From positions 245,954,001 to 246,018,000 of the forward strand of contig OZ024740.1 of assembly GCA_964016885.1 (NCBI GenBank): a stretch of DNA of 64,000 bases. Direction: 5' to 3'. The stretch's first letter is position 1, and each line of letters opens with the position of its first letter. Below the pieces are notes generated by a model. The model saw nothing but the letters and a program-made list of their open reading frames with translations. It did no database searches and was not told the DNA's origin. A program made the position numbers and the translations under genes. Shown here one piece after another: positions 1 to 11,419 of this stretch. The stretch is from Eledone cirrhosa. Taxonomy: Eukaryota.

Positions 1-416
1 CATATCGATAACGAGTAACATGATAATAACTTCAACAAGAAGAATGTTCGTGAGATGAAATGTATGTTTATTTTGTTGTAGCACAGAGTTATGTTTGTTA
101 AATTGTATGATTGTAGTTAAACATAAAAGGGTTACAAAATAAATGTGCCATTGTACCAGGCCTGAGGCAGGCTGAAGTGCAAATCTCACCATTACATATT
201 GTTTGTGTCGTTCCTTCGGAGTTCACGCAGCAAGAGACCAAGTGGCCTTTACATTACCATGTTCAGGATGCGAGAGAGTGATTTCTCAAATTCAAGCAGG
301 AATTTTTCCCTCAGGGCGCGTAGGGATACATTCTCTTCTACTGGCGCTGATTGGCTGAGCTGAGCCAAATCACGCACAGAGAATGTATGTGAGCCCGCGG
401 AATGTTGGTCACTACA
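1..416 (-). mobile_element. LTR (probably solo) related to the LTRs at 56528-56901 and 58934-59297; left boundary uncertain
   Basis: About 298-416 is nearly identical to about 56785-56901 and ends in GTCACTACA (minus strand starts TGTAGTGAC). The upstream part differs. Confidence 0.7.
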
Positions 417-732
417 AAGGTGTTCCATTCATGACCATCCTGTCTTCTTAGATACAGTGTATCAGGACTATATTATGCAATGTGTCATTCTTTTTTTAAG
501 ATGGTAAGGTATGATTTGAGATAATATTAACTGCCGTTTCTAGCATACTGAGAGACCATGTAGAAGCTCTCCTCACTGGTTCATAAAATGTTGATTTAAT
601 AGTGCTTTCAGCATTAATTGAAGAAGCTGACAAAAAAGCCTCTACATGGTTATTCATTTTGGCTAGCAGCCAAATATGCCCCATATTACATGTTTTTGTA
701 TATCTATGACACATGGAACAATGTAATCCTAG

Positions 733-2646
733 AAAAGCGCAATTTGGGAGACTGCAGCAGTCCGTCTTGCCAGAAAAGAACGGCGCAATGCTGAACGTGA
801 GTACAAACTTCACAAATCAGACATTAATAGGAAGAGGCGAAATAGATCGTCCAACCACCTCAAACAGGTGACAAAAAAGGCAGTGCTTCAATTTGAGCAG
901 CGCATAGCAACCAGCCCTGACAGTAAGGTGTTCTGGAAGTATGTTCACTCAAAGCAGAGGCCTCACTCTCCAGTTGGTCCTCTTCGCAATCCCCACACAA
1001 GCCAGGTTACTGACGACCCCAAGGAATACGCAGAGCTCATTGCTGAATGCTATGCAGGCATTTTCACCATTGAAGACCAGAGTGTACCATCTCCACCACC
1101 TATGACACCGGACTCTATTACAACCATGGAATTTACACCTGCAATGCTGCGACGTCACCTAAAAAATAAACGCAACCATGCCTCTCCTGGTCTTGATGGT
1201 GTTACGTACCTGCTTCTTAAACGTGGTGGGTACTTCCTTCTACACCAGTTATCACGCTTCTTCCAATTCTGTCTGAACAACAGTGCTACTCCAGAACAGT
1301 GGAAAACTGCCAGTGTCATTCCTCTGTTCAAAAAGGGTGACCGCACATCACCTGTGAACTATCGTCCAGTCAGTCTTACTAGTTGCATCGCCAAACTGAT
1401 GGAATCCTGTGTCAGAGAAACACTTTGGAACTTCTGGAGCTCTCACAGTCTTATCCGGCCCTCGCAATTTGGATTTATCCCCAACTCCAGCTGCTGTGAT
1501 CAACTTATAGAGTTTCTTGAGGACATCACCCGGATCACTGATGGCGGCTCATGGGTGGATGTTGTTTACCTTGACTTTGCGAAGGCCTTCAATTCTGTGC
1601 CACACAAAAGGCTTATGGCAAAACTCTCTGCAATGGGTGTGAAGGATGATCTTTTTAACTGGTTGAAGTCCTTCATTCTCAGTCGAAGAGAGGTAGTCAC
1701 GGTTCTGGGACAGCATTCCCCACCATATGAGATGTCATCTGGTGTACCTCAGGGATCTGTTCTTGGCCCCCTTTTGTTTGTGGCATATATTAATGACATA
1801 GATGCCAACTTAAGGAATGCCACAGTACTAAAGTACGCAGACGACATCAAGCTGTACCTTGAGATAAAAAGGACAGATCCTGAACACTATAGATCTTGCT
1901 TGCAGTCTGACCTGGACACAATGCAACAGTGGATCTCAGACTGGCAACTCAAGCTAGCTGTGGACAAGTGCACCACCATGCATTTTGGGAGTAAAAACCC
2001 AGCGTCCACATACTCCCTCCACAGCACTAATATCAAGAAGTCTTCCTGTGAACGTGACCTGGGCATTACGGTCAGTAGCGATTTGCGTTGGACGAGGCAT
2101 GTCTCTAAAATTGTCAAGAGGGCCGAGGGTGTCTTAGCATCACTCAGCAAGACCTTTGTCAGCCGCTCTCCAGATATCTATTTAAGGCTGTATACAGCTA
2201 TGGTGCGACCACACTTAGAATTTGCATCACCAGTCTGGAACCCCTATCTTGCTCAGGACATTGACCGCCTGGAAACTGTTCAGAGACGTGCAACCAAGCG
2301 AATACCCTCCATCAGGCATCTACCATACTCTGAGCGCCTTGCTTCCCTGGGCATGGATTCATTGAAGCTCCGACGCCTGGCAACTGACTTGGTAAACACC
2401 CACAAAATTGTTAACCATGTTGCCAACAACAACCCTGAGTGCCTTTTCGATTTCCATGTGTCTAACACACGTGGACATGCCCACAAAGTAAGAAAACAGC
2501 ACAGTTCCCATGACTTTCAGAAACATTTTTTCACGCTCAGAGTTGCTGAAGCATGGAACAAACTACCTGCATCAGTTGTTAGCTGTCGAGACACTGCATC
2601 CTTTAAGGCCTCCATGCTTCCCGAGATCCGCCAACACTACAGCTAA
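733..2646 (+). CDS. LINE ORF2 reverse transcriptase (uninterrupted; endonuclease lost by 5' truncation)
   Basis: Motifs SPGLDG, NYRPVSLTS, QFGF, YLDFAKAFNSVPH, GVPQGSVLGPLLF, YADD, ERDLG, RPHLEFASPVWNP, LETVQRRATK. The frame is open back to a TAG at 730-732. Confidence 0.93.
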   Translation, partial: KSAIWETAAVRLARKERRNAEREYKLHKSDINRKRRNRSSNHLKQVTKKAVLQFEQRIATSPDSKVFWKYVHSKQRPHSPVGPLRNPHTSQVTDDPKEYAELIAECYAGIFTIEDQSVPSPPPMTPDSITTMEFTPAMLRRHLKNKRNHASPGLDGVTYLLLKRGGYFLLHQLSRFFQFCLNNSATPEQWKTASVIPLFKKGDRTSPVNYRPVSLTSCIAKLMESCVRETLWNFWSSHSLIRPSQFGFIPNSSCCDQLIEFLEDITRITDGGSWVDVVYLDFAKAFNSVPHKRLMAKLSAMGVKDDLFNWLKSFILSRREVVTVLGQHSPPYEMSSGVPQGSVLGPLLFVAYINDIDANLRNATVLKYADDIKLYLEIKRTDPEHYRSCLQSDLDTMQQWISDWQLKLAVDKCTTMHFGSKNPASTYSLHSTNIKKSSCERDLGITVSSDLRWTRHVSKIVKRAEGVLASLSKTFVSRSPDIYLRLYTAMVRPHLEFASPVWNPYLAQDIDRLETVQRRATKRIPSIRHLPYSERLASLGMDSLKLRRLATDLVNTHKIVNHVANNNPECLFDFHVSNTRGHAHKVRKQHSSHDFQKHFFTLRVAEAWNKLPASVVSCRDTASFKASMLPEIRQHYS

Positions 2647-2757
2647 CACATACAAACATGTACTTGCCTGGCATTTGTGTATTATTCTATGTACTATATT
2701 GACGAGTTGTAGTGCACCTGAGCACTTTACACAATAATTTCATTATTATTATTATTA
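733..2757 (+). mobile_element. 5'-truncated CR1/L2-group LINE with (ATT)n tail
   Basis: Open RT frame 733-2646, short 3' UTR, and cattattattattattat tail at about 2741-2758. Confidence 0.9.
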
Positions 2758-2800
2758 TATACAAAAATACAAGATGATCACAGCTGGAATACTTTTCATT

Positions 2801-2989
2801 ATAATTGTTTCTACTTTAGGCACAAGGCCAGCAATTACCCAGTGCATTACTGGTACTTTATTTTATCGACCCCGTAAGGATGAAAGGCAAAGTCAACCTC
2901 GGCGGGATTTGAACTCAGATCGTAAAGGGACGTAACTATGCTGGAAAGCATGGCGTCCGACCTTCTACCGATACTGCCAATCCACCGCC
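2801..2989 (-). mobile_element. tRNA-derived SINE, family A (octopod-type)
   Basis: Minus strand reads GGCGGTGGATTGGCAGTATCGGTAG (A-box-like), GAGTTCAAATCCC (B-box), CTTTCATCCTTACGGGGTCGATAAAATAAAGTACCAGT, then AGAAACAATTAT. More than 12 copies in the window. Confidence 0.9.
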
Positions 2990-3472
2990 AATGACCTGGT
3001 TTGTTAATCAATACTAATTCCCCTATGTTAAGCTTGTTACTTGAATAAGAACACGTGTACCCATAGAAGAGCAGAAACTAGAGAGGAAGGGTGAGAAGAA
3101 AAGAGAAATGGCTAAATGAAAAGAAAAAGAGAAAGCAGGAGTGTGTGTCTTTGTTTTACAGCAATAATGATTATGGCAATCAGAGCATAGAATTCATACC
3201 AAACATTTATACTTCTTTTAGTATATTTTTTACAGTTGCTGTCATATATACATAGACGGATGTATATGTGTATGTATAACAAGTGTAAAATGTTGAAAGA
3301 TCAAGTGAGTAAAGCTATGCCAGCAATTAATCAATTTAATGCTCAGATTTTAGTATATAGATTTATTTCTATATACTAAAATGCAGCTTAAGTGAAATTC
3401 TTACAATTTCCTTATTTCATATTTCCTCTTGTTGAAACATAAATTTCTTAATCATTCTTATGTATTTATTTT

Positions 3473-3625
3473 ATGCAGATGAAGGAGCTCCAGTTCAACC
3501 GTGGAAGTACACATGTATTATATATATATATATTACTTGTGCATTATATATCTTCCAGGTGTTCCAGAAACCTATCCGCGATTTTATTGATTATATCGCT
3601 TTTAATCTATCAGAGATGGTCCAAG
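3473..3625 (+). ncRNA. Degenerate hammerhead-like motif with long stem II
   Basis: CAGATGA (3476), GGAGC/GTTCC and GGAAG/CTTCC pairings, GAAA (3567), GGTC (3618-3621). Stem I is weak. Confidence 0.3.
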
Positions 3626-3845
3626 TATGAAAAACCTTTTTGTATATACCGTTATTTTGTTGTATGTATAGTTTGTGCCTTCAGCCGGTTATCTTGGTGT
3701 CACATTTTATAACTACGATGTTTAACTCCGGACTTAATGTTTTGATTTTAACTTTCAATCCATTGAGTGCTCTGTGATTGCTGCAAAACAAATCGAATTG
3801 AACATGCTGTACTGCAGCTAAAGTTCAATTTACAAATATTATACA

Positions 3846-4734
3846 CTAGCATTAAAGCCCGGCGTTGCTCTAGGTCATTAAGTTACCAAAGTTAGGTTGC
3901 ACCACCCATTTTATGGCAGCACTTTTTTGTCTGCCAGGCACTGGGTGAATGAATTGCAGACCTGGAAGCAGGAGCTGCACCAGCAGTGACAATTGTAGTT
4001 TTGCCTATGGATATTATCTCTGTGCAAAAAAGTGTTGAAATTTATTGTTTCACAGTACTTGCGCAACACGCGCGTAGACGATGCCAGCCGAACAACAGAG
4101 CTGCGATGGAGTTGTTCTGCATGGTTGTCTGTGTGTTTTCTAAATTTAAGACAGTAGGGAGGGTTGTGATATGAGGGAGAATTAGCTGTTGTTTCTAGCA
4201 GGTTTAGTGACCTCATAAAGGATATGTTTTCTAAATTTAAGACAGTAGGGAGTGGTTTGATATGAGGGAGAGTTAGCTGCTGTTTCTAGCAGGTTTAGTG
4301 ACCTCATAGAAGATATGTTTTCTAAATTTAAGACAGTAGGGAGTGGTGTGATATGGGGGAGAGTTAGCTGCTGTTTCTAGCAGGTTTAGTAACCTCATAG
4401 AGGATATGTGTTTTCTAAATTTAAGACAGTAGAGAGTGGTGTGAACGGACAGTATCACCATCAAGCTTGGAAAGAGAAAGTAGCAGAAAGTATGAAGTTG
4501 TATAGATTTTGAATGGTAGTAGAAAGAGTTCAGCAGTTTAAATGAGAGAGAAAAATCGTAAAATATTGAGTTTTATCTATTTTTTGCGTAATTGTGGGTG
4601 AAATTGAAAAAATTATCTGCGTCAAGACGCAATCGAAGCTATTTAGAATACTGAATTGTAAATTTCAATTGAAGAAATTCTATATCATAGATTTCTATAA
4701 CGAAGGAGCATGACCACACACTGAGCTTTATAGA
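3846..4734 (-). mobile_element. Non-autonomous Helitron-like element
   Basis: Minus strand begins TC, ends with a GC-rich imperfect hairpin then CTAG, sits between A and T with no TSD, and holds an internal minisatellite. Confidence 0.65.
4134..4442. repeat. 91-bp tandem minisatellite, about 3.4 copies
   Basis: Unit starts TGTTTTCTAAATTTAAGACAGTAG at 4134, 4225, 4316 and 4409. Confidence 0.9.
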
Positions 4735-4813
4735 TTATGATATATAGTACCAGGAAAAAATTAGGAAAAACTAGGCAAGAAGAGGTGAACAGAAGAATTT
4801 ATTGTGTAATCTA

Positions 4814-4924
4814 TCTTTAACATATGTTTCTGCACAATTACATAACAGTCAACATCCGCTGACTACATTGTATAATGTTCATTTGTATGCATAACATGTC
4901 TGGAATTGCACTTCATCAAAGAGA
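4814..4924 (-). ncRNA. Degenerate type I hammerhead downstream of a decayed PLE
   Basis: Minus strand: TTGATGA, GTGCAATT...AATTGTGC stem II, GAAA, CATATG palindromic stem III, TT. C3 is mutated. Confidence 0.55.
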
Positions 4925-5459
4925 ATTATCCGGAAGAAAGTTAGTTATAATTTTAGCAGTGAGTTCCGCAGTTCTGCAATAAGCATCGCTTACTGCTGTC
5001 AAAGCTAATGTACAAATCTCATTTTGGTATACAGAGAAAATCAAAATATAATATATAAATAACAAAAATAGTGAACAAAAAATAAGTTCATGAATAACAA
5101 TAATGATACCATGTGATGCATATGAAAGATGGAAGCGGTAGAAAAAGGTGCAGAGTGCTGAATGTTGATGGAAGGCTTGGGATGAAGTGATAAAAGCTGA
5201 CCTTGCTCAATTGCACCCCTCAAAGGTGATGACACGGGGCCAAGATCTCTGGGGTTTTGCAGTAATACAGAAGATCTACCTTCCCATGAGCGCACAGGCT
5301 GAAGCATACATGTAGTATACACCACCTCCACCCCACCCCACTCTTCCATACACCTCCCATGAGCACAGGCTGAAGCATACATACAGTGTGCGCCACCTCA
5401 CCCCCTTCCACTTACCTCCCACGTGCCCAAATACCCACCTCCTCCACCGAAGTCCCCAG

Positions 5460-5720
5460 CCCACACTGTAAAGTGGTCGTGATGACAAAAAGCACCCAAC
5501 CCATACTGTAAAGTGGTCCTATAGGTGTCACGACAAAAAGCACTCAGTACTCATTGTAAATGTGGTTGGAGTTAGGAAGTGCATCCAGCCATAGAAACCA
5601 AACCAAAATCAGTTCTGTATAAGCAAGACATGGTCACCTGACTTGGAATTTCTCACAACAGGACAACTTGTCTAACTCATGCTAGCTTGCAAAAATGGAC
5701 GTTAAATGATGATGATGATA
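5460..5720 (+). mobile_element. SINE family B (RTE-tailed) with internal ~43-bp repeats
   Basis: TGTAAAGTGG... repeats, AGGAAGTGCATCCAGCCATAGAAAC core, and 3' end GGACGTTAAATGATGATGAT. Other copies at ~8345-8450(-), 8870-9158(+), 9574-9935(-), 24930-25100(+). Confidence 0.75.
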
Positions 5721-5949
5721 CCAAGTAGAGATACTAGATTTGTATATGGGGGGAGGGATTACAGTTCAAATGACCAATGAGAAGATTATTAAAGTTGTAA
5801 GTGGAGAAAGGTTAAAAGTGAGGACTATGACTGGTCAGGGAACTTATTGTAATCATATAGAGAGATTGGTAGTATAGAAGGGGGAAGAGAAAGAAAGAAC
5901 AAAAAGAGAAAAAGAAAAAAGAAGGAAAAACGAAAGAACCAGAAATGAT

Positions 5950-7220
5950 AAGATTTTGTTGAAAGATTATAAATTAAATTAAGGGCAGAATTTTAGAGTT
6001 ATCCCATCAGAAACCAACAACAGAGGAGATAAGTGGGCGCCAAGACAAATAAAGGCAGCGAGTGGGAATGTGATGTAAGGAGTGAGTTAATTAATGTAGA
6101 ATGGATACAAAGACATGAGATCCAATCCTATGCTAGTCCGGGTGATACTTAGCAAAAGTTTTTAATGCCTTATATTGGCAGTTGAAGAGTTCAATAGATC
6201 CAATTCAGTCATGATTGGTAGAGTAGGACAACCAGAATATTTTTCTATTTAAGATTCTATGATACCTATGTGAAGGAGGAAAATTTTCATGTATTAGTCT
6301 AAAGAAAAGAGAAGATATTTTGATAGTGACTAAATCATTGTGTGGAAGATTAAACCATAGGTATGACTGCTCTAGTGTTTCTTAACTGAAGATCTCATTT
6401 TTGATTTATCAGTGGTCTCACTAGTGCAGGTTTTGGAATGGTTATTCAAGAGGTTCTCATAATTTGTATGTCCATACTGGTGCATACTTAATGTTTTATT
6501 CTTGGTGGAGTAACAGTTTCACCGCCTGTCTGGTATATTAGGAATAGATTTTATTTGTCCGTTGGGGTTGGCTTTGTAGAGTTCTGCATTGTAATAAGTG
6601 AAATAGAGGAATAACTATCTATATAAAATTGGATAAACTTAGATGATGCCCTGTCCTCTATTCGAGTAAACCAGTCAATTACCTCCTTAGTATTGCCCCA
6701 AAATTTAATAGATAACTTATTTCTCATCTGGATTATTACTCTATGTTTTTACTGATACATCCTATGTCGGATTTAGGAAGGCAGATTAGTCTAATAGAAG
6801 GGTTAGACACAAAGTTATTCTTGTGATCCTTTAAGTTGAAAGTCAAATCAAGGTACATATAGTTTGGTTTGGTCAGCTATACATTATTTATATACTATCA
6901 CTAGGCCCTTCCTATTCATATCATTAATGGTTAATTTATTTATTTTTTAATATTTTTATGCAGTTCCTTAAATATAAATTTCTCATAAGTGTCAATGTCT
7001 AAGGAATAGACATTGCCTTTTTTATCGGCACGGATGAATACACCTGTTCTTTTTCAGTTCATGCATGGTGGATTGAAGGTTTTGCTGGAAATTATAGTGG
7101 TATTGGTATTTCTTGAATTTAACATAACTGATCATATCCATTAGATTGGTCTCGAAGGCTTCTAGATGAGGGTTATGTGGTGGACTTTTATAGGGATATA
7201 TAGTAGCATAGTACCCATCA
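5950..7220 (-). pseudogene. Heavily decayed Penelope-like element
   Basis: Minus-strand remnants IRADK, NPSIRLICLPKSDIG, YLDLTF, LWFN. The last two match motifs of the PLE at 33.4-34.6 kb. Confidence 0.65.
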
Positions 7221-8869
7221 TAAATAGTGGAGTTTACACTAAAAAATATTTAATTTAATGATTCCTTGATTACAACATTCTATGTAAAGATGCTTCAATC
7301 CTTGATTTTCCTTGACCTTCTCTTGTCACTCCAAGCCATCACTGTATTTCATTTTACATTCATTTAAATCAATTACAATAATTTTCTTTTCTTTAATCAT
7401 TATCAAACATATATGCTCTAAATTATGATGACTTTGTTCTATCTATCTTTGGACTGCTATTGGGATTTGTAGTTTGTTGATGTTATTGTCCAAAAATAGA
7501 TGCATCTGTCAGTCAGAGAGGTAGATAGATATGTAGATAAACAGTTGTGTAGATAGATAGCTAGACCAATAGATCAACAGTTAGGTAGATGTGTAGACAT
7601 TATTTTTACTCTAAGATAGATAGATAGCTAAAGATAGCAACAGTTGACCACTGACCTGCTTGTCAACATTGTAAGAGAGAGAAAGCTAAGTAGGGAAGAA
7701 TAACTATTTCCCTGTCAAAGTTCATCATTTAATGTGTGTTTTCCCACAACTGTCAACTGTCTCCGTGAGAGGTTGCATATACTGCAATGTCCATCAACAC
7801 TGGCTTAATGTTTTGTTGTCCACTTTTCCCACACATCCCATAAAGGCCACCTTAGCTCCCCCTGGCATCAGCATACAATAGACCCACCATATACATCATC
7901 TGAATATTCAATCTACTAACAGCATCAGATACACAGAGTAGAAGAGCTACCACACTAAATGACGTCATCAAAGTACCCATGAGCACACACATTGGATATT
8001 GCTGGATTCCATCAAAATAAATGGCACCAACGAGACACAAACTTCCCTGGACTGTTGCTGACTTATCAACACAACCATTTGACCTAAACCTTAACAGCAT
8101 GGCATCAAATTCTATTCTCCATTTTGTTTGACTTTTCTCCAATGCATTTCGTTTTGAAACAATTGGTAATTGAGAAATAAGTCCAATTGTTGATATAAAT
8201 ACTATATCAGCATCATTTGTACATGTTGGCATGGGTTAAAGAAAACTTTTTGGGGCAATATTTTACAGCCTTTCCTGACACTAACTCTTTTAGTTGCTTC
8301 TTACCTCACACTGGGATATGGTGTACCTATTCTCAATCGGATAAACACAGTTAATATACATTCCATTTTAGGATGGTTTCTATAGTTGGATGCCCTTCCT
8401 AATGCCAACCACTTCATGGTGTACCAGGCTTTTTTGTGCCACTGCCATTTCCACCTGAAAGGGAGGGTTGAGTGCAGCTGTCAAAGCAAGTAGCACTTTA
8501 CAATGTCAGTTGAGTGCACATAATTGTGGAAACAGCACACAAATGATTTCAATAATTAAACTATAGTCATACTGACACACATATATATATATATATATAT
8601 ACATATATACACACAATATATATAATAGTAGTAATTGTAATAAGATCAAAATCCAGAGAGGACTCAATAAGAGTTGCATATAGAGATATGCAATAAAATA
8701 TACAAACACAACATTCCTAGCAGCTACCACCGTGCCCTCCCCCCTGCGAAGTGGTTGATGATGGGAAGGGCATTCAGCCGTAGATGGCTTGTAAAACAAA
8801 GAGTCAGGAGGACTTTTCAGTCATGTCAAGGACAGGACAGCCTCCCTAGTGTTGGTGATCTACACAACA

Positions 8870-9158
8870 AATGCATCCAGTACACACTGTAAAGTGGTTG
8901 GTGATAGGAAGGGCATCCAGCCATAGAAAGTTTGCCAGTCAATGGGTTGGGAGGACCCTTCAGTTGTGTCAAGGTCATGACAATATCTCCTGTGCACTTG
9001 GTGGAACTTGAGACCATACATAAGTGAGACACAGATCCCTGGCCTGCCTGGAAGATCAGTGGTTCCGCTTCAGTACTGTCTTGGTTTGTGTGGACAAGTC
9101 TAACTCTCACCAGCAGGGAAAGTGGATGTTAAAACAATGATGATGATGGTGATAATGA
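8870..9158 (+). mobile_element. SINE family B
   Basis: Same core and RTE-like 3' end with (GAT)n tail. Confidence 0.7.
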
Positions 9159-9180
9159 TATGTATATATATATAAAATCA

Positions 9181-9252
9181 CAAAACAAATATTAGGAGCA
9201 CCGATTAAAAGTTTCAGCAAACAATTTCTGCTTTCACCCTTTTTCGGGATCT
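9181..9252 (-). ncRNA. 3' half of a hammerhead/pLTR of the family at 54066, truncated by a SINE
   Basis: Minus strand GATCCCGAAAAAGGGTGAAAGCAG...TTTGCTGAAACTTT aligns with GATCCCGTTAAGGGTGAAAGCAG...TTTGCTTAAACTTT at 54076-54118. Confidence 0.55.
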
Positions 9253-9257
9253 GTAAT

Positions 9258-9560
9258 AATAATTGTTTCTACTTTAGGCACAAGGCCAGCAATTACTCAG
9301 TGCATCACTGGTACTTTATTTTATCGACCCCGTAAGGATGAAAGGCAAAGTCAACCTCGGCGGGATTTGTAATAATAATGGTTTCTGATTTAGGTACAAG
9401 GCCAACAATTTTAAGAGGGAGGAGCAAATCAATTAAATCGACTGCAGTCCATCACTGGTAGAACTTATTTTATCGACCCCCGTAAGGATGAAAGACAAAG
9501 CTAACTTCGGCAGGATTTGAACTCAGAATGTAAAGGGCTGTAATTCTATGCTGCAAAGCA
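9258..9560 (-). mobile_element. Two adjacent SINE A copies (partial and variant)
   Basis: The TTTATCGACCCCGTAAGGATGAAAG core occurs twice. Confidence 0.85.
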
Positions 9561-9573
9561 CACATATATATAT

Positions 9574-9935
9574 ATCATCATCATTTAATAGCCATTTTCT
9601 TCTACACTTACATGGGTAGGATGTGTTGTCCTGTTGTGAGACATTCAGGTCAGAGGACTATGTTTTGCTCACACAGAACTGATTTTGGCTTGGTTTCTAT
9701 GGCTGGATGCTCTTCCTAATGCCAACCACATTTACTGTGTGTACTGAGTGCTTTTTGTCGTGATACCTACGCAACCACTTTACATTGTGGGCTGGGTGCT
9801 TATCGTGACTTGTACACGACTGCTTTACAGTGTGTACTGAGTGCTTTTTGTTGTGACACCCACACGACCACTTTACAGTGTAAACTGGGCATTTTTTGTC
9901 GTGGCTCCAGGATGACCACTTTATGGTGTGGATTG
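9574..9935 (-). mobile_element. SINE family B with about five internal ~43-bp repeats
   Basis: (ATC)n tail and repeated ACCACTTTACAGTGTGTACTGAGTGCTTTTTGT units. Confidence 0.75.
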
Positions 9936-10159
9936 GAGACTCAAGTGGGGAAGATAGATATGTAGCGAAAGAAATGTTTTCCCTCAGTGTTATCTTTTCA
10001 CTTACTGACACGGCCACGAAGTGACCTGCGACCTTGCAGAGAAGACAAGAGATAAATTCTCCTGAGGGTAGAATTTATGGCACCATTCCTAGGAAGAAGA
10101 TATTCTTGGGCCATCTGTTATCTATCAAAAATAACTAGCCATCATTATAAATAGGCTGT

Positions 10160-10329
10160 GGATTGGCAGTATCGGATGCCATGCTTTGCAGTAAAGAGTT
10201 ACGGCCCTTCATGGTCTGAGTTTAAATCCCGCCAAGGCTAACTTTGCCTTTCATCCTTACGGGGTCGATAAAATAAAGTACCAGTAATACACTGGAATAA
10301 TTGCTGGCCTTGTGCCAAAAGTAGAAACA
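10160..10329 (+). mobile_element. SINE A with 16-bp TSD
   Basis: ATTATAAATAGGCTGT at 10144-10159 and 10330-10345. Confidence 0.9.
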
Positions 10330-11419
10330 ATTATAAATAGGCTGTCCTGAGGTCCTAACAGACAGTCATCTGCCACATCTCCTAGACAACACAGTTTCCT
10401 GCCACTGCACTTGTGTAACACAACCTCACCATAATAAAGTTTACTACTACCTCTGCTGGTACATACTGTCTCATTACAACTTAACACTTTTTAAGGGAAC
10501 ATCACATGCTAAACAAAGAGACTTCCCCACAACACAGAAACCTTATTGAACACTATATTCATTTGTGAATACTACAATCAAATTTTATATTTACAATTCA
10601 AAGTAATCATATTTTCCCCCTTTTAGCTGAAGTGACGTAAAAATATAAATTCAACCAGAATTATTGGTATTTGTCGTCTTTATCATCCTCTTCCACAACA
10701 ACCAAAAATTTGCTTCAGATATAAGGGTATATGTATGTAGAAGTAGGGAACAGCTTTTCTTTCAAACATGTTATATTGAAAACAAGACTTCTGTTTAATC
10801 ATTTATATGAGGGATTTTGTATATTTCCTTATTAGTGCTTAGTTTGGAATTGGAACAGTAGTGTTCTTAAATCCATGTGTATATTAACTATTTTAAGGCT
10901 TCATGGTTCTAACTTCAGAATTAGAATGTTCATACTAGTGGCATATTGGTTTCATCAATGCTATATCAAAGTGCACAAGAGGTGAACACAGGTACCAAGA
11001 ATTGATGTTCCTGATTTGCTAGTATGGAAGGATATCATAGACCTAATCGAGATAATAGATATTTTCTTTATGCGAACGTAATAATGCAGTTGATAATGGA
11101 TATTTAATGTCTGTTCTAACACAGAAACTGCGTAATTTGACAACTGCAACTTGAAAAAACCCACCTCCCCTATAATCATATATAGAGCAGGTTAGTGGTT
11201 GGGATATATTAGCTCTAATATAGACATTTAGTTCATGACTGGCTCGGTTTTTAGAAATGTAATTTTTACAAGTTTGGAGTCCAGTAGATGCTTTGTTTAT
11301 TGTAGGGTTGGTTTTCCGAGTGCATTATTTATGTATAGGGCATTTGATGATTGCTTGAGTTTGTTCTGTATATATGTATTATATATGTGTAGTTTTAGGG
11401 TAGTTAACAATACTAATAG

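Noticed and set aside
2870-2989. tRNA-like A/B boxes
   Set aside because: These are SINE heads, with no complete cloverleaf, so they are not tRNA genes.
4134-4442. Regular repeat superficially like a CRISPR array
   Set aside because: Contiguous 91-bp units with no unique spacers, no cas genes, and a eukaryotic context.
7852-8232. 126-aa ORF in non-repetitive-looking sequence
   Set aside because: No recognisable motif or splice context; probably chance or a decayed TE.
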